Made by a program: the position numbers and the translations under genes. Below the pieces are notes generated by a model. That model worked only from the letters and a program-made list of their open reading frames with translations, had not been told where the DNA came from and ran no database searches. This document shows positions 45,031 through 58,109 of a DNA stretch of 64,000 nt, one piece after another; position 1 is the first letter of the stretch, and the number at the start of each line of letters is the position of its first letter. Origin of the DNA: Macrostomum hystrix (Eukaryota > Animalia > Platyhelminthes); assembly GCA_950097015.1 (NCBI GenBank), contig CATNEN010000034.1:3162001-3226000 (forward strand). The letters run 5' to 3'.

Positions 45031-46414
45031 GAAGAGAGACATCTGCCTCAGAAAGAGACAAAAAGATAGACAAAGAGACTGAGAGGCTGAGAGATAGTGG
45101 GAGACAGAGGGATAAAAACTGAAATATACCTAAAGCGATAAACAGAAAAAAGAAAATAGACGGTAAATAGAAGGTGAAAAGAAGGAGACTAAGGAAAGGG
45201 AGCAGAGCAGGTGGCAGAGTACTCAGGCCCACAGAAAGCGCATCTGGTAGATCTGAGTCTGATATGGCAGACAACTCAAAAGCATGCTGGCTAGTAGCTC
45301 GTATTGTTAAGCTGCTGAGATTGGACTCAGGCTGATCCTGTCCGACACGCGATGAAGTCATCGAGTGAGAGTGAGAGAGGAGAGAGAGAGGTAGGGAGAG
45401 AATGATTTCGTGGCATTCTCCCCCCGACTCGAATCTGAAATCCCAGGAGAAGAGAACACTAGAGTTCGCTCCTTTAATCCCCTCGCCAACGCCGCTGTTT
45501 GTTGTTGAGTTGTTGGCGAAAGCAGATTTTTTTCTGTCGTGCCACGAGTGGGGTAGTGGGCGGTGGACAGGCTTCAAGGTCTGGGCTTGAAGCAAATAAT
45601 TACAGGCTTGCTCGGGATTACACAGCGGGTTTCTGGATTTATTTTTTTTCTATCTCGAGACGGTCTTAAAAATATCCCCTCTAGTAATCTATCTGCGTGT
45701 GCGTGTGTGCTCAGCGGCTGACTCAGCCCAGCAAAGCCAAGAAGTGCCAAAGCCAGGGGCTGTGTCCCAATTTATCCCTACTTTCCATCGCTCCCTCAGG
45801 ATAACTCGACCGGTAGCACGACAAAGGCGGAGCCCGGAGAGAGACAGACAGACAGCTCAACTGAGAAGGCATGGAGAAGCTCTCTTCTATATAAACAAAT
45901 CTATTTTTGCTCACCGAGACACAGAAAGTAAAGGAAGTGCGGTCCCGTACTGTCGAATCCACCCGACCTCCCCAACGCCTGTAATTAGCTGCCACCCGAA
46001 ATCAGCCCCTCCCCAATGGCACTAATTGTCCCTTTATGACTGCCTAATTCCCCTAGCTCTATGAAGGCATCTCCCATGCCCTGCCCCGCTTGAAATTCTG
46101 AAAGTCGTGCTCAGTTGATTTCCGCTCCTCATTTCTATTTCGCTAATTATCCCACTCAGCTCCTGAAGCTGTGGCTGCAGTAGAAATTCATCCCGTAATG
46201 ATAAGGCTGACTTTCTGATTGACTCATGCCCACGTTGTCTTGACGACGGCCAGGTTGCGGCTAATAACTATGAGTTGGCCAATTACTTTAACTATTACGC
46301 AATCGAGTTTCGTTGTCGCCTTTGAGCTGGCATAGCATAGCTTTGCTCTAAGCTCAAGTCGGATATGAAATTCCGCTTCAGGCAAAGAAAGCTTCAGACA
46401 AGCAATCACAAGTT

Positions 46415-47278
46415 CAGGTGGAAGGAACTTCTGATGAAAGGAGCCTCAGGTGAACATTATTTCAGGTAGAATAAACTTCAGGTAGAAGGAGCTTCAGGCG
46501 GCAAAAACTTCAGGTGGAAGGAAATTCAGGTAGAAGGAACTTCAGGTGAAAGAAACTTCAGGTGGTAGGAACTTTAGGTGGAAGGAACTTCGGTAGAAGG
46601 AACTTCGTTTAGAAGGAACTTCAGATGGAAGGAAATTCATTTTGAAGGAACTTCAAGTGGAAGGAACTTCATTTCGAAGGAACTTCAGGTGGAAAGAACT
46701 TCAGATGGAAGGAACTTCAGATGGAAGGAACTTCAGGTGGAAGGAGCTTCAGGTGGAAGGAGCTTCAGGTGGAAGGAACTTCATTTCGAAGGAACTTCAG
46801 GTGAAAAGAACTTCATTTTGAAGGAACTTCTAGTGAAAGGAACTTCAGATGGAAGGAATTCAGGGAAAAGGAACTTCAGATGGAAGGAACTTCAGGTGGA
46901 AGGAGCTTCAGGTAAAATGAACTTCAGATAGAATGAGCTTCAGACGGAAGGAACTTCAGGTGGAAGGAATTCAGGGAAAAGGAACTTCAGGTGGAAGGAA
47001 CTTCAGGTGGAAGGAGCTTCAGGTAAAATGAACTTCAGATAGAATGAGCTTCAGACGGAAGGAACTTCAGGTGGAAGGAATTCAGGGAAAAGGAACTTCA
47101 GATGGAAGGAACTTCAGGTGGAAGGAGCTTCAGGTAAAATGAACTTCAGATAGAAGGAGCTTCAGACGGAAGGAGCTTCAGATGGAAGGAAATTCAGGTA
47201 GAAGGAACTTCAGGTGGAAGGAACTTCAGATAGAAGGAGCTAAAGGTGGAAGGAACTTCGGGTCGAAAAAACTTCAGC
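46415..47278. repeat. Degenerate ~15-bp repeat (ggaaggaacttcaggt)
   Basis: Recurring gaacttcag core. Confidence 0.88.
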
Positions 47279-47777
47279 CAGCTGAGAATTTCAGGCAAGT
47301 GTTCATGCTCACGGCTCATGTGAACGGAGAAATATTTTCACTCAGTTGTTTTTCGCAATACAGCTTCCTTACCAGCCAGCAGTTAACAGGTTGACCATTG
47401 GAGCGGTAACAAATTCGCTAATTTCAGCTGCTTCTCCTGCATCTCCTGTCCTCCCCTGCTGTTCTTCAGTTTTCCCAAACCCTTAGATCCCAAGCCGCAG
47501 CCTTCCCGCCAACCCAGTGGTTCAAGAAAAGTGATGAGCGGAATGATTGAATTTCTGATTTTGCCAGAGAGCCGCGAGCGGCGCGAAGGTGTTTCTAGGG
47601 GGGGTGCGGATTACGAATGGCGCCAAATTAATTCGATCAGCATCAGCACCGCCCACCTTCAGGGGGAGTCTGGAAGGAGGGGAAGAGAGTTGGAATTTTT
47701 TTTGCCTATCCCAATGCCAATCGGAAGAGACATTCGGGTATAGGGATGTGTTGGCAGGTCCATTGTTGGCTTGGCAA

Positions 47778-48030
47778 GTGGGATTAGAGTGACAGTGGGA
47801 TTAGAGTGACACTGGGATTAGAGTGACACTGGGATTAGAGTGACAGTGGGATTAGAGTGACACTGGGATTAGAGTGACAGTGGGATTAGAGTGACACTGG
47901 GATTAGAGTGACAGTGGGATTAGAGTGACACTGGGATTAGAGTGACAGTGGGATTATAGTGACTCTGGGATTAGAGTGACAGTGGGATTAGAGTGACAGT
48001 GGCATTAGAGTGACAGTGGGATTAGAGTAG
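47778..48030. repeat. 17-bp repeat (gggattagagtgacagt), ~14 copies
   Basis: Direct periodicity. Confidence 0.94.
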
Positions 48031-48090
48031 GGACAAAAGAGACTAAGCATTGTACATTCACGCTGCCAATGAATTTCAAGGTCATCTCAC

Positions 48091-48158
48091 CTCGAAGCTT
48101 TCCCGCTGTCCGACAGCTGTGAACCGAAAAATCTCCCTCACGTCGAATATCGGCGCGA
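48091..48158 (-). CDS. Ig/FN3 adhesion protein, 68-nt exon: start of the last Ig domain
   Basis: gttttcag|48158 (phase 1), 48091|gtgaga (phase 0); splicing yields LVVK-F-APIFDVREIFRFTAVGQRESFE-LRVRANPEP, a typical Ig-Ig junction. Confidence 0.72.
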
Positions 48159-48221
48159 CTGAAAACATGTACAAACCATTTGTTCATAAATATGTAAATC
48201 TGGAAACATTATACAGATTTC

Positions 48222-49640
48222 CCCTCTCATCTCCCACTGTCTCATCTCCCACTGTCTCATCTCTCACTGTCCCATCCCCACTGTCTCATCTCCCACTGTC
48301 TCATCTCCCACTGTCTCATCCTCCACTGTCTCATCCTCCACTGTCTCATCTCACACTGTCTCATCTCCCACTGTCAATCGTCTCATCTCCAAATATCTCA
48401 TCTCACACTGTCTCATCCCCCACTATCTCATCTCCCACTGTCTCATCTCGCACTGTCTCATCTCCCACTATCTTATCTCCCACTATCTCATCTCCCACTA
48501 TCTCATCTTCCACTATCTCATCTCCCACTGTCTCATTTCTCACTGTCTCATCTCCCACTGTCTCATCTCCCACTATCTCATCTCCCACTATCTCATCTCC
48601 CACTATCTCATCTCCCACTGTCTCATCTCCCACTGTCTCATCTCCCACTGTCTCATCTCCCACTATCTCATCTCCCACTGTCTCATCTCCCACTATCTTA
48701 TCTCCCACTATCTCATCTCCCACTATCTCATCTTCCACTATCTCATCTCCCACTGTCTCATCTCTCACTGTCTCATCTCCCACTGTCTCATCTCCCACTG
48801 TCTCATCTCCCACTGTCTCATCTCCCACTATCTCATCTCCCACTGTCTCATCTCCCACTGTCTCATCTCCCACTGTCTCATCTCCCACTGTCTCATCTCC
48901 CACTGTCTCATCTCCCACTATCTTATCTCCCACTATCTCATCTCCCACTATCTCATCTTCCACTATCTCATCTCCCACTGTCTCATCTCTCACTGTCTCA
49001 TCTCCCACTGTCTCATCTCCCACTATCTCATCTCCCACTGTCTCATCTCCCACTGTCTCATCTCCCACTATCTCATCTCCCACTATCTCATCTCCCACTA
49101 TCTCATCTCACACTGTCTCATCCCCCACTGTCTCATCTCCCACTATCTCATCTCCCACTGTCTCATCTCGCACTGTCTCATCTCCCACTATCTTATCTCC
49201 CACTATCTCATCTCCCACTATCTCATCTTCCACTATCTCATCTCCCACTGTCTCATCTCCCACTGTCTCATCTCCCACTGTCTCATCTCGCACTGTCTCA
49301 TCTCCCACTGTCTCATCTCCCACTGTCTCATCTCCCACTGTCTCATCTCCCACTGTCTCATCTCCCACTGTCTCATCTCCCACTGTCTCATCTCCCACTA
49401 TCTCATCTCCCACTGTCTCATCTCCCACTATCTTATCTCCCACTATCTCATCTCCCACTATCTCATCTTCCACTATCTCATCTCCCACTGTCTCATCTCC
49501 CACTGTCTCATCTCCCACTGTCTCATCTCCCACTGTCTCATCTCCCACTGTCTCATCTCCCACTGTCTCATCTCCCACTGTCTCATCTCCCACTGTCTCA
49601 TCTCCCACTGTCTCATCTCCCACTATCTCATCTCTCACTG
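48222..49640. repeat. 15-bp minisatellite (tctcatctcccactg), ~95 copies
   Basis: Direct periodicity. Confidence 0.97.
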
Positions 49641-50019
49641 ACTTAAGAGTTGTAAAACTGTTGCCGACCCCTCGAATTTAAAGAATTTTTGCATATTCGT
49701 GTGGTATCGAAACATTTTTAGTACCATGTTCGTTCTCCAAAAAATGTATTCGAAAAAAGCTGGTCCCTGGATAAATTTTCTTCTGTATTCCAAGCAGTTT
49801 GTTTAAGCTAGAAGAAAATTTCTTAGAAAATAATGGCATAATGCTACATGCCAATTACCCCCGAAGCGAGTCTGCTTCTTTTCAAACTGCTCTTTGCTGC
49901 CCAAGTGAAGCTTTTCCGTTCTCTTCTGCTTCCGCAGTCCTTGGTTCTCTGCCACTAACCCCTTATCTAGTTTCGTTCACTCCCTTGTCAGCCATGTTTT
50001 CAGCGTCTGGTCCGCTTAC

Positions 50020-50176
50020 ATTTCACCACCAGGCTGAAGTTGGTAGCGGCCCAGTTAATACCCCGCCGAATGAGCGGCTCGAACTCGCTGACTCCCTCGC
50101 AGTGGTAGAGACCGGAGCTAGCCGGCTGCGCACTGGCGATATCCTCCGTGACCTCGTCCTGATACTCGCGCAGAAC
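50020..50176 (-). CDS. Ig/FN3 adhesion protein exon: C-terminal half of an Ig domain
   Basis: DIASAQPASSGLYHCEG...NFSLVVK (SG.Y.C F-strand motif); ccgcag|50176 (phase 0), 50020|gtaagc (phase 1). Confidence 0.75.
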
Positions 50177-50207
50177 CTGCGGTGGGTTGCGGCGGAGAGT
50201 TGCGATT

Positions 50208-50812
50208 GAGAACAGACTGACAGACATCCAGAACAGACTGACAGACATCCAGAACAGACTGACAAACACTCAGAACAGACTGACAAAAACACCCTGAACA
50301 GACTGACAGACACACACAGAACTGACTGACAGACATCCAGAACAGACTGACAGACATCCAGAACAGACTGACAGACACACACAGAACTGACTGACAGACA
50401 TCCAGAACAGACTGACAGACATCCAGAACAGACTGACAGACACCCAGAACAGACTGACAGACATCCAGAACAGACTGACAGACATCCAGAACAGACTGAC
50501 AGACATCCAGAACAGACTGACAGACACCCAGAACAGACTGACAGACACATCCAGAACAGACTGACAGACATCCAGAACAGACTGACAGACACCCAGAACA
50601 GACTGACAAAAACACCCTGAACAGACTGACAGACATCCAGAACAGACTGACAGACATCCAGAACAGACTGACAGACACCCAGAACGGACTGACAAAAACA
50701 CCCTGAACAGACTGACAGACACACCCAGAACAGACTGACAGACAAACACAAAACAGAATAGATTGACAGACACACAGAACAGATTGACAGACACACAGAA
50801 CGGACACAGATA
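50208..50812. repeat. 21-bp minisatellite (cagaacagactgacagacatc)
   Basis: Direct periodicity. Confidence 0.93.
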
Positions 50813-51444
50813 GATGGACAGCTGCTGTGAGCATTTGAGCTGTCAGTCTGTCAAAAAGCGTGTCGCATCAGCGACTGGCAGATTACGCAATTCATCCTGA
50901 ATTCTTCTTGCTAAGCTGCACTAATTTTAACTTGGATTTTCTCAGAAGCTCAGCGTATGCCTGCCCCGGGTTAAGTTGCATATTTTTCAACGTGTCCCTC
51001 CTATTTGGTGAGTGTCAAATCAAACTGCCGCATAACTCTCTTCCCTTCTCTCTCGATCTCCAGCGCAGTCTAACGTGAGAATGTCGCCCTACCTCCCTCC
51101 GTGTCGCGGCAAGGATTTGAGGATTTCCGGATTTTCGAATGACAATCGCCTTGCCGGACATGACAGGGAGATTTACTGCGTCAAAGGGTGTCGGGGGGGA
51201 GAGGTCCGGGCTGGGAGAGGTCCGGGCTTTCACCAGCAGGGATTATCGCCCCCCTCCCGGCTCCGCCACCTGTCAGTCAGCGGCTAGTCTGGCGTGCCGA
51301 TGTTGGAGAGAAGCTGCTTGTGAAGGCAGAAAGAGACAAAGAGCAACTGATTCAGTTTCCATGGAATGTGTTTCTTGCTGCTTTTTCTTCAGCTAGCAAA
51401 GAGAGGAAGCTAATAAATTCTTGCAGATGGAGAAACAAACTGAA

Positions 51445-52158
51445 AGAGAGAGGGAGAGAGGGAGAGAGAAAGGGAGAGAGGGAGAGAGAAAGGGAGAGAG
51501 GGAGAGAGAAAGGGAGAGAGAGGGAGAGAGAAAGGGAGAGAGAGGGAGAGAGAAAGGGAGAGAGAGGGAGAGAGAAAGGGAGAGAGGGAGAGAGAGGGAG
51601 AGAGGGAGAGAGGGAGAGAGAAAGGGAGAGAGGGAGAGAGAAAGGGAGAGAGAGGGAGAGAGAAAGGGAGAGAGAGGGAGAGAGAAAGGGAGAGAGAGGG
51701 AGAGAGAAAGGGAGAGAGGGAGAGAGAAAGGGAGAGAGGGAGAGAGGGAGGGAGAGAGGGAGAGAGAAAGGGAGAGAGGGAGAGAGAAAGGGAGAGAGGG
51801 AGAGAGAAAGGGAGAGAGGGAGAGAGAAAGGGAGAGAGGGAGAAAGAAAGGGAGAGAGGGAGAGAGAAAGGGATAGAGGGAGAGTGAAAGGGAGAGAGGG
51901 AGAAAGAAAGGGAGAGTGAAAGGGAGAGAGGGAGAGAGAAAGGGAGAGAGGGAGAGAGAAAGGGAGAGAGGGAGAGAGAAAGGGAGAGAGGGAGAGAGAA
52001 AGGGAGAGAGGGAGAGAGAAAGGGAGAGAGGGAGAGTGAAAGTGAGAGAGGGAGAGTGAAAGGGAGAGAGGGAGAGAGAAAGGGAGAGAGGGAGAGAGAA
52101 AGGGAGAGAGGGAGAAAGAAAGGGAGAGATGGAGAGAGAAAGGGAGAGAGGGAGAGAG
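51445..52158. repeat. Purine-rich ~20-bp repeat (gggagagagaaagggagaga)
   Basis: Low-complexity GA array. Confidence 0.92.
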
Positions 52159-52729
52159 CGTGGAAAATGACAAAGTCGCCTTGGAGACCGACAGGGTGAC
52201 CTATGCAACGCAGAAACTGTAATTGAAATTCAGGTTGCCAATATTCTAAATATATAGTTTTTAATGAATTGTAGTTTCACTCAAAAGTCACTGAATGTCA
52301 AATTTTCATGCTTTAAATTTCGGTGTGTATTTATCCTGAACTGTTCATCATAAACCTTGACTATTTCTAGCGTGCAATACGGATAGCTGTACAGCAGAGT
52401 GAATCTCGATGATAATATATTGAATTAGTAAATTACACGGGTGCCCAAGCCAGTCTCCCACGGACTGGCAATTTTATCGTGTTTCACGGTCTAGCTAATT
52501 AGCCGTGCATGAAACCAGTCTCAGTGGGATATTGCCGGCAACTTGCCTATCAATAATGTTGCTCGAGCAATGCTTTCTGTCTCCTTAATTGCCTGACTAA
52601 ATCTGAAGGTTGCAGTCCCTCGTGCTGTTCTGCGACTAGATTTTATCAGTGTTAGTGTTTACACTTGGATTATAGAGTGTAAACACTACTTTGTTGAAAA
52701 CTCTTTTCCACTCTTTGTCATCCTAGATG

Positions 52730-52992
52730 GCTCTGGCTGTTGAAAATTGCTCGTTCCACTGACCTTGAGCACACACTCAAACAGCTGTGTACATCTACAT
52801 GAGACTTTCTTATCGTCAGGCAATGTACACTGTCACTGTGGTCATCCCCTAATGAGTGTGAATTGCACAACAAGCCACCAAGCCTTCTCTCCGTGGCTGC
52901 GCCCCAGATAAATGTGGCCTCGACGCGGAATCGAGCTCAGGGACCTTGGTGCGAGAGAGACAAACGTGTTAACCGCTCTGCCACTCACCCCC
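52730..52992 (-). mobile_element. SINE family A with intact tRNA-like head
   Basis: Reverse complement: gggggtgagtggcagagcggttaacacg...gcaccaaggtccctgagctcgattcc. Confidence 0.8.
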
Positions 52993-53173
52993 AATGCCTG
53001 ACGATGAGGAGAAAGTCAAGGCAAATGTTCACACCAAGGCAAACATGGCCTGAATCTGTGTGCGTGTGTGCTCAGGAGTCAGCGAAATGGGCAGAATTGC
53101 CTCCTCACTGGCTGCGGGTCTACTGTCATCAAATGATGTGCCATTGCCTGCAATTATTACAATTATTATTATA
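52993..53173 (+). mobile_element. SINE family A, 5'-truncated 3' half with (ATT) tail
   Basis: gcctgacgatgaggagaaagtc...gtgtgtgctcaggagtcagcgaaatgggcagaattgcctcc...attattat. Confidence 0.75.
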
Positions 53174-54544
53174 GCTAGGGCTGCGAAATTTGAAATTAAT
53201 GAGGCCTTGACATGGAGCCATGGTCAGGGGCCATGGTTACCCAGTTGTGCCATAGAATTTTGAAAATGTCAGTTAAACAACATTTAGAAGGAAAATAAGT
53301 TCGAGAATCACTTGTTTGACAAATTGATTAGAGCACCGATAATGCATTGATATATTGATACATTTATATACAGCATGAGCCATGCATATGCATGTTAGAC
53401 TCATCTGAAGCCTATAGTACCGATAGCTATTGGCGTCCGGGGCATCTACTTCCCGTTTTCATCAATATCTGCTACTAGGAGAGACTCTAGCAGACCTACC
53501 TCGCCGGAAATTAATGCTTCGCGCAAATCCTATCTGAACCTGTTTTTTTCTTGGTTCCGGAATTCGGAAAATTAATGAATCTACCGCCATGACTTCAAAG
53601 AGATTTTTCGGACAACCTCAAATGCGCAAACTTGGCCTGAATACAGCTGAACGAATTTCTCAATCCAGAAAAATTCTTTTAAAATGGAAGAAATTTAATT
53701 CGATCCCTAAATCGTGGCAAATACGATAGCGGCAACGGACAGTTTTGTCTCTGACGTCATCTCGATGGGTGAAGATTTGGAATGAATTTTCCAATTTAAA
53801 TTCGACCAGCCAAGACACTGTAGACGGCAGCGCTGGTCTCGCTGTCTCATCTGTCTCATTCTGGGCTGCAGCCTTCACTGATACGTCTCCGAATCAATCG
53901 ATTCTTTGCAATGCTCCCCTGTCTCGCCTCTCTGTTAGATTTATCTGGCAGAGAAGTTACCCAGCCTTAGGAATCCGGGGCCGTTCGGAAAATCTACTTT
54001 TTTACTTAGTCATCATTACGAATCAGATCTATCGATGCCAGAAAATTACACTCGTAAATATATATTTTATCATAAAAGTAGGACTTATTCATTACTACAC
54101 TTTACTAAAAAACTCTAAAAAACTTAGTGTCTTCCACCCCCCTCCGTGCCCGTTCAATCTGCATTGATCGATCACGACGACGCAATTCAGGGACGGGGTA
54201 TGATTTTGGGGTACTCCAAATAGCAAATTGAGTAGCCCTGTGTGATTCTACTCCGCTCCTCAGCTCTCCTGGTGACTAATATATCAAAGCGTCAAAGCTG
54301 CTCCTGATAGCTGTGTGTGTGCTTTTTTCTGCTTGACACACACACATCAGCCTCTCCTTTCATGCCTCTCTTTCTTAGAACCAGACTAATCCCCATCCGA
54401 CAGATGGTACAACGCTAAATAGATCCCCACTATACCGAGATGTCAATGGACATCCCCGATTCTCCTCAAGTAAACTGCAGATGCGTAGTTTACGGATTTG
54501 AAATTCTGGTGTGCTCTCATTTTTTATCATCTCAGCCTAAGGGA

Positions 54545-54665
54545 GACAATTTGAGTCTTTGAGCAAGACACTTTATTCAAACAACTAAGCTGTAAAAGGG
54601 TTAGAAGTTTGGGTGCGTGTGGCAGCCACGTTTCTGTCCACGGACCGAACAGTTGTACACAGTCT
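54545..54665 (+). mobile_element. SINE family B fragment
   Basis: ctttgagcaagacacttt...gtccacggac, shared with the 19.2 and 32.2 kb copies. Confidence 0.45.
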
Positions 54666-55629
54666 TGGTACTATTATTCTTCACTAAAAAAGAATGTCTG
54701 AATCTAGCTTTAGAGAAATTCTCGTAACACTAAATGATCTAATCATTGATTCCAAAATGGAAAATCTCTGTTAAACATCTGACCGCTTTTGACAAGCGTC
54801 TCGGTAAAACTCAGAAACTTCTTGACCGAAACTTTATCCTCAGCCGCGGACCTAGCAGAGAAAGAGAAGAAAAGAGGTGAGAGGTGATGCTCAATGGATT
54901 TCGCCTCATACTACATATAGATTTGAGAAGTAAACAGGCCAAGGACAGGATCGATCTATCCTAGGAGCCGCTCGGTTGCCTTATTACGTAATCATTGCCA
55001 GCCTCATCTGCTGGCATGTCCAGCCCCGCACAGCGAGCGGACAATCCGCTGGTGGAGGAGATTCTCGATTGAGGCAGTTCAAATTTAACTACGGGGGTTG
55101 ACCGTAGTGGGGGGAAAGAGTGAGAAACTGAGTAGGGGTCAGAGGCGAGGCTAATCTCCTTCACTTAATATCCTATTTAGCATTGCGACTAGGGCGAAAA
55201 TTATTCTGGCACTAACAAATCGAGTCACAGCTTGCCCCCCTGCATTCTCATTAACGACAGCTAAAGTAGGACTCCTCGGCCCGCTTTCATTGATTGTTAA
55301 CCAGAAAACTCTGATAAGCTATAAATTGTGTAGAGAAACTGTTTTGTAATACTTTAGGATAATTTATTTGAAGAGTGAATGACTCAACAGCTGCTAGGCA
55401 GAATTATTGGGGATTAAACAATTGGTGTTTGGCGCATTAATTAAAGTAGCAATTTGCAGGGTAGCGTTGAAGGAATGTAGGCATGTGGTAGCTTTTACTC
55501 TCATCTTTGAGTGACACTTGCCGTCGTGGCTTGCCTTGGATAAACAGGATGGCCACAAGGTAGCTATTTTAGGTACTCGTAAGTACGAGCGAGGACTTTT
55601 TTGAGGGCGCGAGGCACGAAGTTCGCGCT

Positions 55630-55960
55630 GTGGGGTAGAAAGGATTGAAATTTTTGGGATGTGACCGGCGTGAGGTGGGTGCATTGAGGCAGCAAGGACG
55701 GAAAGAAACTTGTTAGGTTTGAAACGGGCCGTGAAGTGGGTGCTTCGCGGCAGAAAGGATGGAAAGAAATATATTGGGTTTGATACGGCGTGAGGTGGGT
55801 GCTTTGACGCTGAAAGTATGGAAAGAAATATATTGGGTTTGATACGGCGTGAGGTGGGTGCTTTGAGGCAGAAAGGACGGAAAGAAATATATTGGGTTTG
55901 ATACGGCGTGAGGTGGGTGCTTTGAGGCAGAAAGGACGAAAATAAATGTTCGGGCGTGGG
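55630..55960. repeat. ~59-60-bp tandem repeat, ~5 copies
   Basis: gaaagaaatatattgggtttgatacggcgtgaggtgggtgcttt recurs at 55761, 55821 and 55880. Confidence 0.88.
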
Positions 55961-56937
55961 CGGGGCGTGGGGTGGGTGAATCAAAACAAGTATTAAGAGC
56001 CAGTGCATGGCAGACTCCAATCTAATGGGCGTATTCGTACGCATTGTGATTCAAGGAATCTAAATTGCTTTACAAGCATTTGCCCAAGAAAGGAATAAGT
56101 AAAGCAATTTTTGTTCATGTATCCCTCTCTAATAAGAGCTGAATCAGTCAGAAATTACTCTAAAACTATTCAGTATCAATTTCCCAGTTCTCGATAGGTT
56201 AAGCCTGCTGGCGTGACTGGGCGGATCGCTGCACTTTGCTTGGAAAAGGCTACTCAGGCAGGTAGCCGGCAGTGGGCCATCTGAGAAGCTGTTTCATATA
56301 GGAATAAAACCCTACATTCTTCCTCTCGAGCCCTGCCTCTTGCTCTGCTCTCTTGCCCCACGTCACGCCCCCTTCCTTCCGATCTGGTCGGGTCACCAGC
56401 CGGCCTCTCATCTCCGCCATCCCTTGGTCCCCTGTGGCAGCTAAGCCCTCCCGCTACCGGACCGGTACAACATAAAATCTCAAAAAATCCTCATTCTTTG
56501 CTGCTCCTCCGACACCGCCTCTTTGAGTCTAGGCCCGGCTGACAGGCGCAACGATCCTGGCATTGATTTGAAGGCAACTCGGACTCGAGAATAGGAGAAC
56601 AGGGATACCGCGCCGGGGAAGCCCTTTGAGTTCACTCGTCATTGCTCTCCCTATTCGACATTGTCCAGCCTCATGCTCCTGGCCTCTCTATGTCAGCCGT
56701 CAATTCTCCGTCCTGGCTGTGCTTTTTTCTCGCTCTCCGCGTCGAGCGTCCACTCGATCTTCCGCCAGCCAGCTTGCATCTCGACAATCCCACTGCCCCG
56801 CATCTGAAGGATGCATTGGTACTAACAGGGGATGCATCATCATCATTAGCTTAGCTGATAGATGTCCACTGACAATTTATAGCTAGCATACTTCTCTGTC
56901 TTCTATTCTCTGTCTTTTATTTCATGTTTTGCACCCC

Positions 56938-57360
56938 ACAAACCTCACTCCTCCTCCGACCTCACTCCTCCTCCGACCTCACTCCATCCTCCGACCTCAC
57001 TCCTCCTCCGACCTCACTCCTCCTCCGACCTCACTCCTCCTCCGACCTCACTCCTCCGCCCACCTCAATCCATCGCCAACCTCACTCATCCGCAAACCTC
57101 ACTCCTCCGCCAACCTCACTCATCCGCCAACCTCACTCATCCGCCAACCTCACTCATCCGCAAAACTGACTCTTCCGCCAACCTCACTCCTCCGCCAACC
57201 TCACTCCTCCGCCAACCTCACTCATCCGCAAAACTGACTCTTGCGCCAACCTCACTCATCCGCAAAACTCACTCTTCCGCCAACCTCACTCCTCCGCCAA
57301 CCTCACTCCTCCGCCAACCTCACTCCTCCGCCAACCTCACTCCTCCGCCAACCTCACTCC
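56938..57360. repeat. C-rich ~17-20-bp repeat (cctcactcctccgccaa)
   Basis: Direct periodicity. Confidence 0.88.
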
Positions 57361-57399
57361 ACTGTTAACATCAATCCAGCGTCCACCTCAATCGCTTAC

Positions 57400-57545
57400 C
57401 AATCCATCCTTGAGCAGCCTAGCAGTGACTTTGCCGATGCCGGTGACGCTGCAGACAATGGTCAGCGAGTCATTCTGCCGCATCTGGTGTGTCACGCCGG
57501 AACCCAGCTCGTTGCCATTGCCGCTCATCCAGACGAACGGACGAT
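57400..57545 (-). CDS. Ig/FN3 adhesion protein, exon 3: start of the second Ig domain
   Basis: RPFVW...QMRQNDSLTIVCSVTGIGKVTARLLKDG; catgcag|57545 (phase 1), 57400|gtaagc (phase 0); 72-nt intron to exon 2. Confidence 0.7.
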
Positions 57546-57617
57546 CTGCATGGGAAATTGTGATGCTGGGTTCGCAACGTTGAATGTGCAATATTGGGGT
57601 GAAGTTTATTCACTTAC

Positions 57618-57968
57618 TGAGGAGTCGAACCTCGGCTCGCCGGGTCGGCGAATAGCTGTAGGTGTTGGCGCTTTGCGCGCACACTAGGCACTGACCAGCG
57701 GCCTGTGGTCCGACGCTCACCGTGATCTGCCGATCATGGGCGCCGGGCTTGTCAACCAGGCGCAGAACCGCAGTCGATGCTAAATGATTGGGATTCACGA
57801 AGGGACCGTCGATGCCGCGGCCAAATTTGTCACGATAGGACTTGTTGGGACCGATCAGCATGCCCATCCAGATGGCTGCGGCAGTGGCGGAGTTCCCATC
57901 TGCTGGGATCTCACTGGGAGCATTTTCGGAGCAGGAAGATAGAAGGAACACCGCAGCCTCACCGGGGC
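57618..57968 (-). CDS. Ig/FN3 adhesion protein, exon 2: divergent N-terminal Ig-like domain
   Basis: cattctttcag|57968 and 57618|gtaagt, both phase 1; ends ...AGQCLVCAQ...RAEVRLL. Confidence 0.6.
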
Positions 57969-58109
57969 CTGAAAGAATGAGTGAGGCCAGTGTCACATTT
58001 TCATTTGTGGTTCTATTGGTTTATGGGCACATAGGTAGTTTAATTTAATGGGCCATTTAATTTAGTAAATTAAATGGTAAATGGTAAATTTAATTTAATT
58101 TACCAAATG

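Noticed and set aside
41853-52208. Long Ser/Leu, Arg/Glu, SSPTV and CLSV ORFs
   Set aside because: Translations of GA microsatellites and 15/21-bp arrays lying in phase-matched introns of the Ig/FN3 gene.
56693-56803. Candidate exon with DAGQWDC (Ig F-strand-like) after a good acceptor
   Set aside because: Its phase does not match the upstream phase-0 donor and no convincing donor precedes the stop; left unresolved rather than called.
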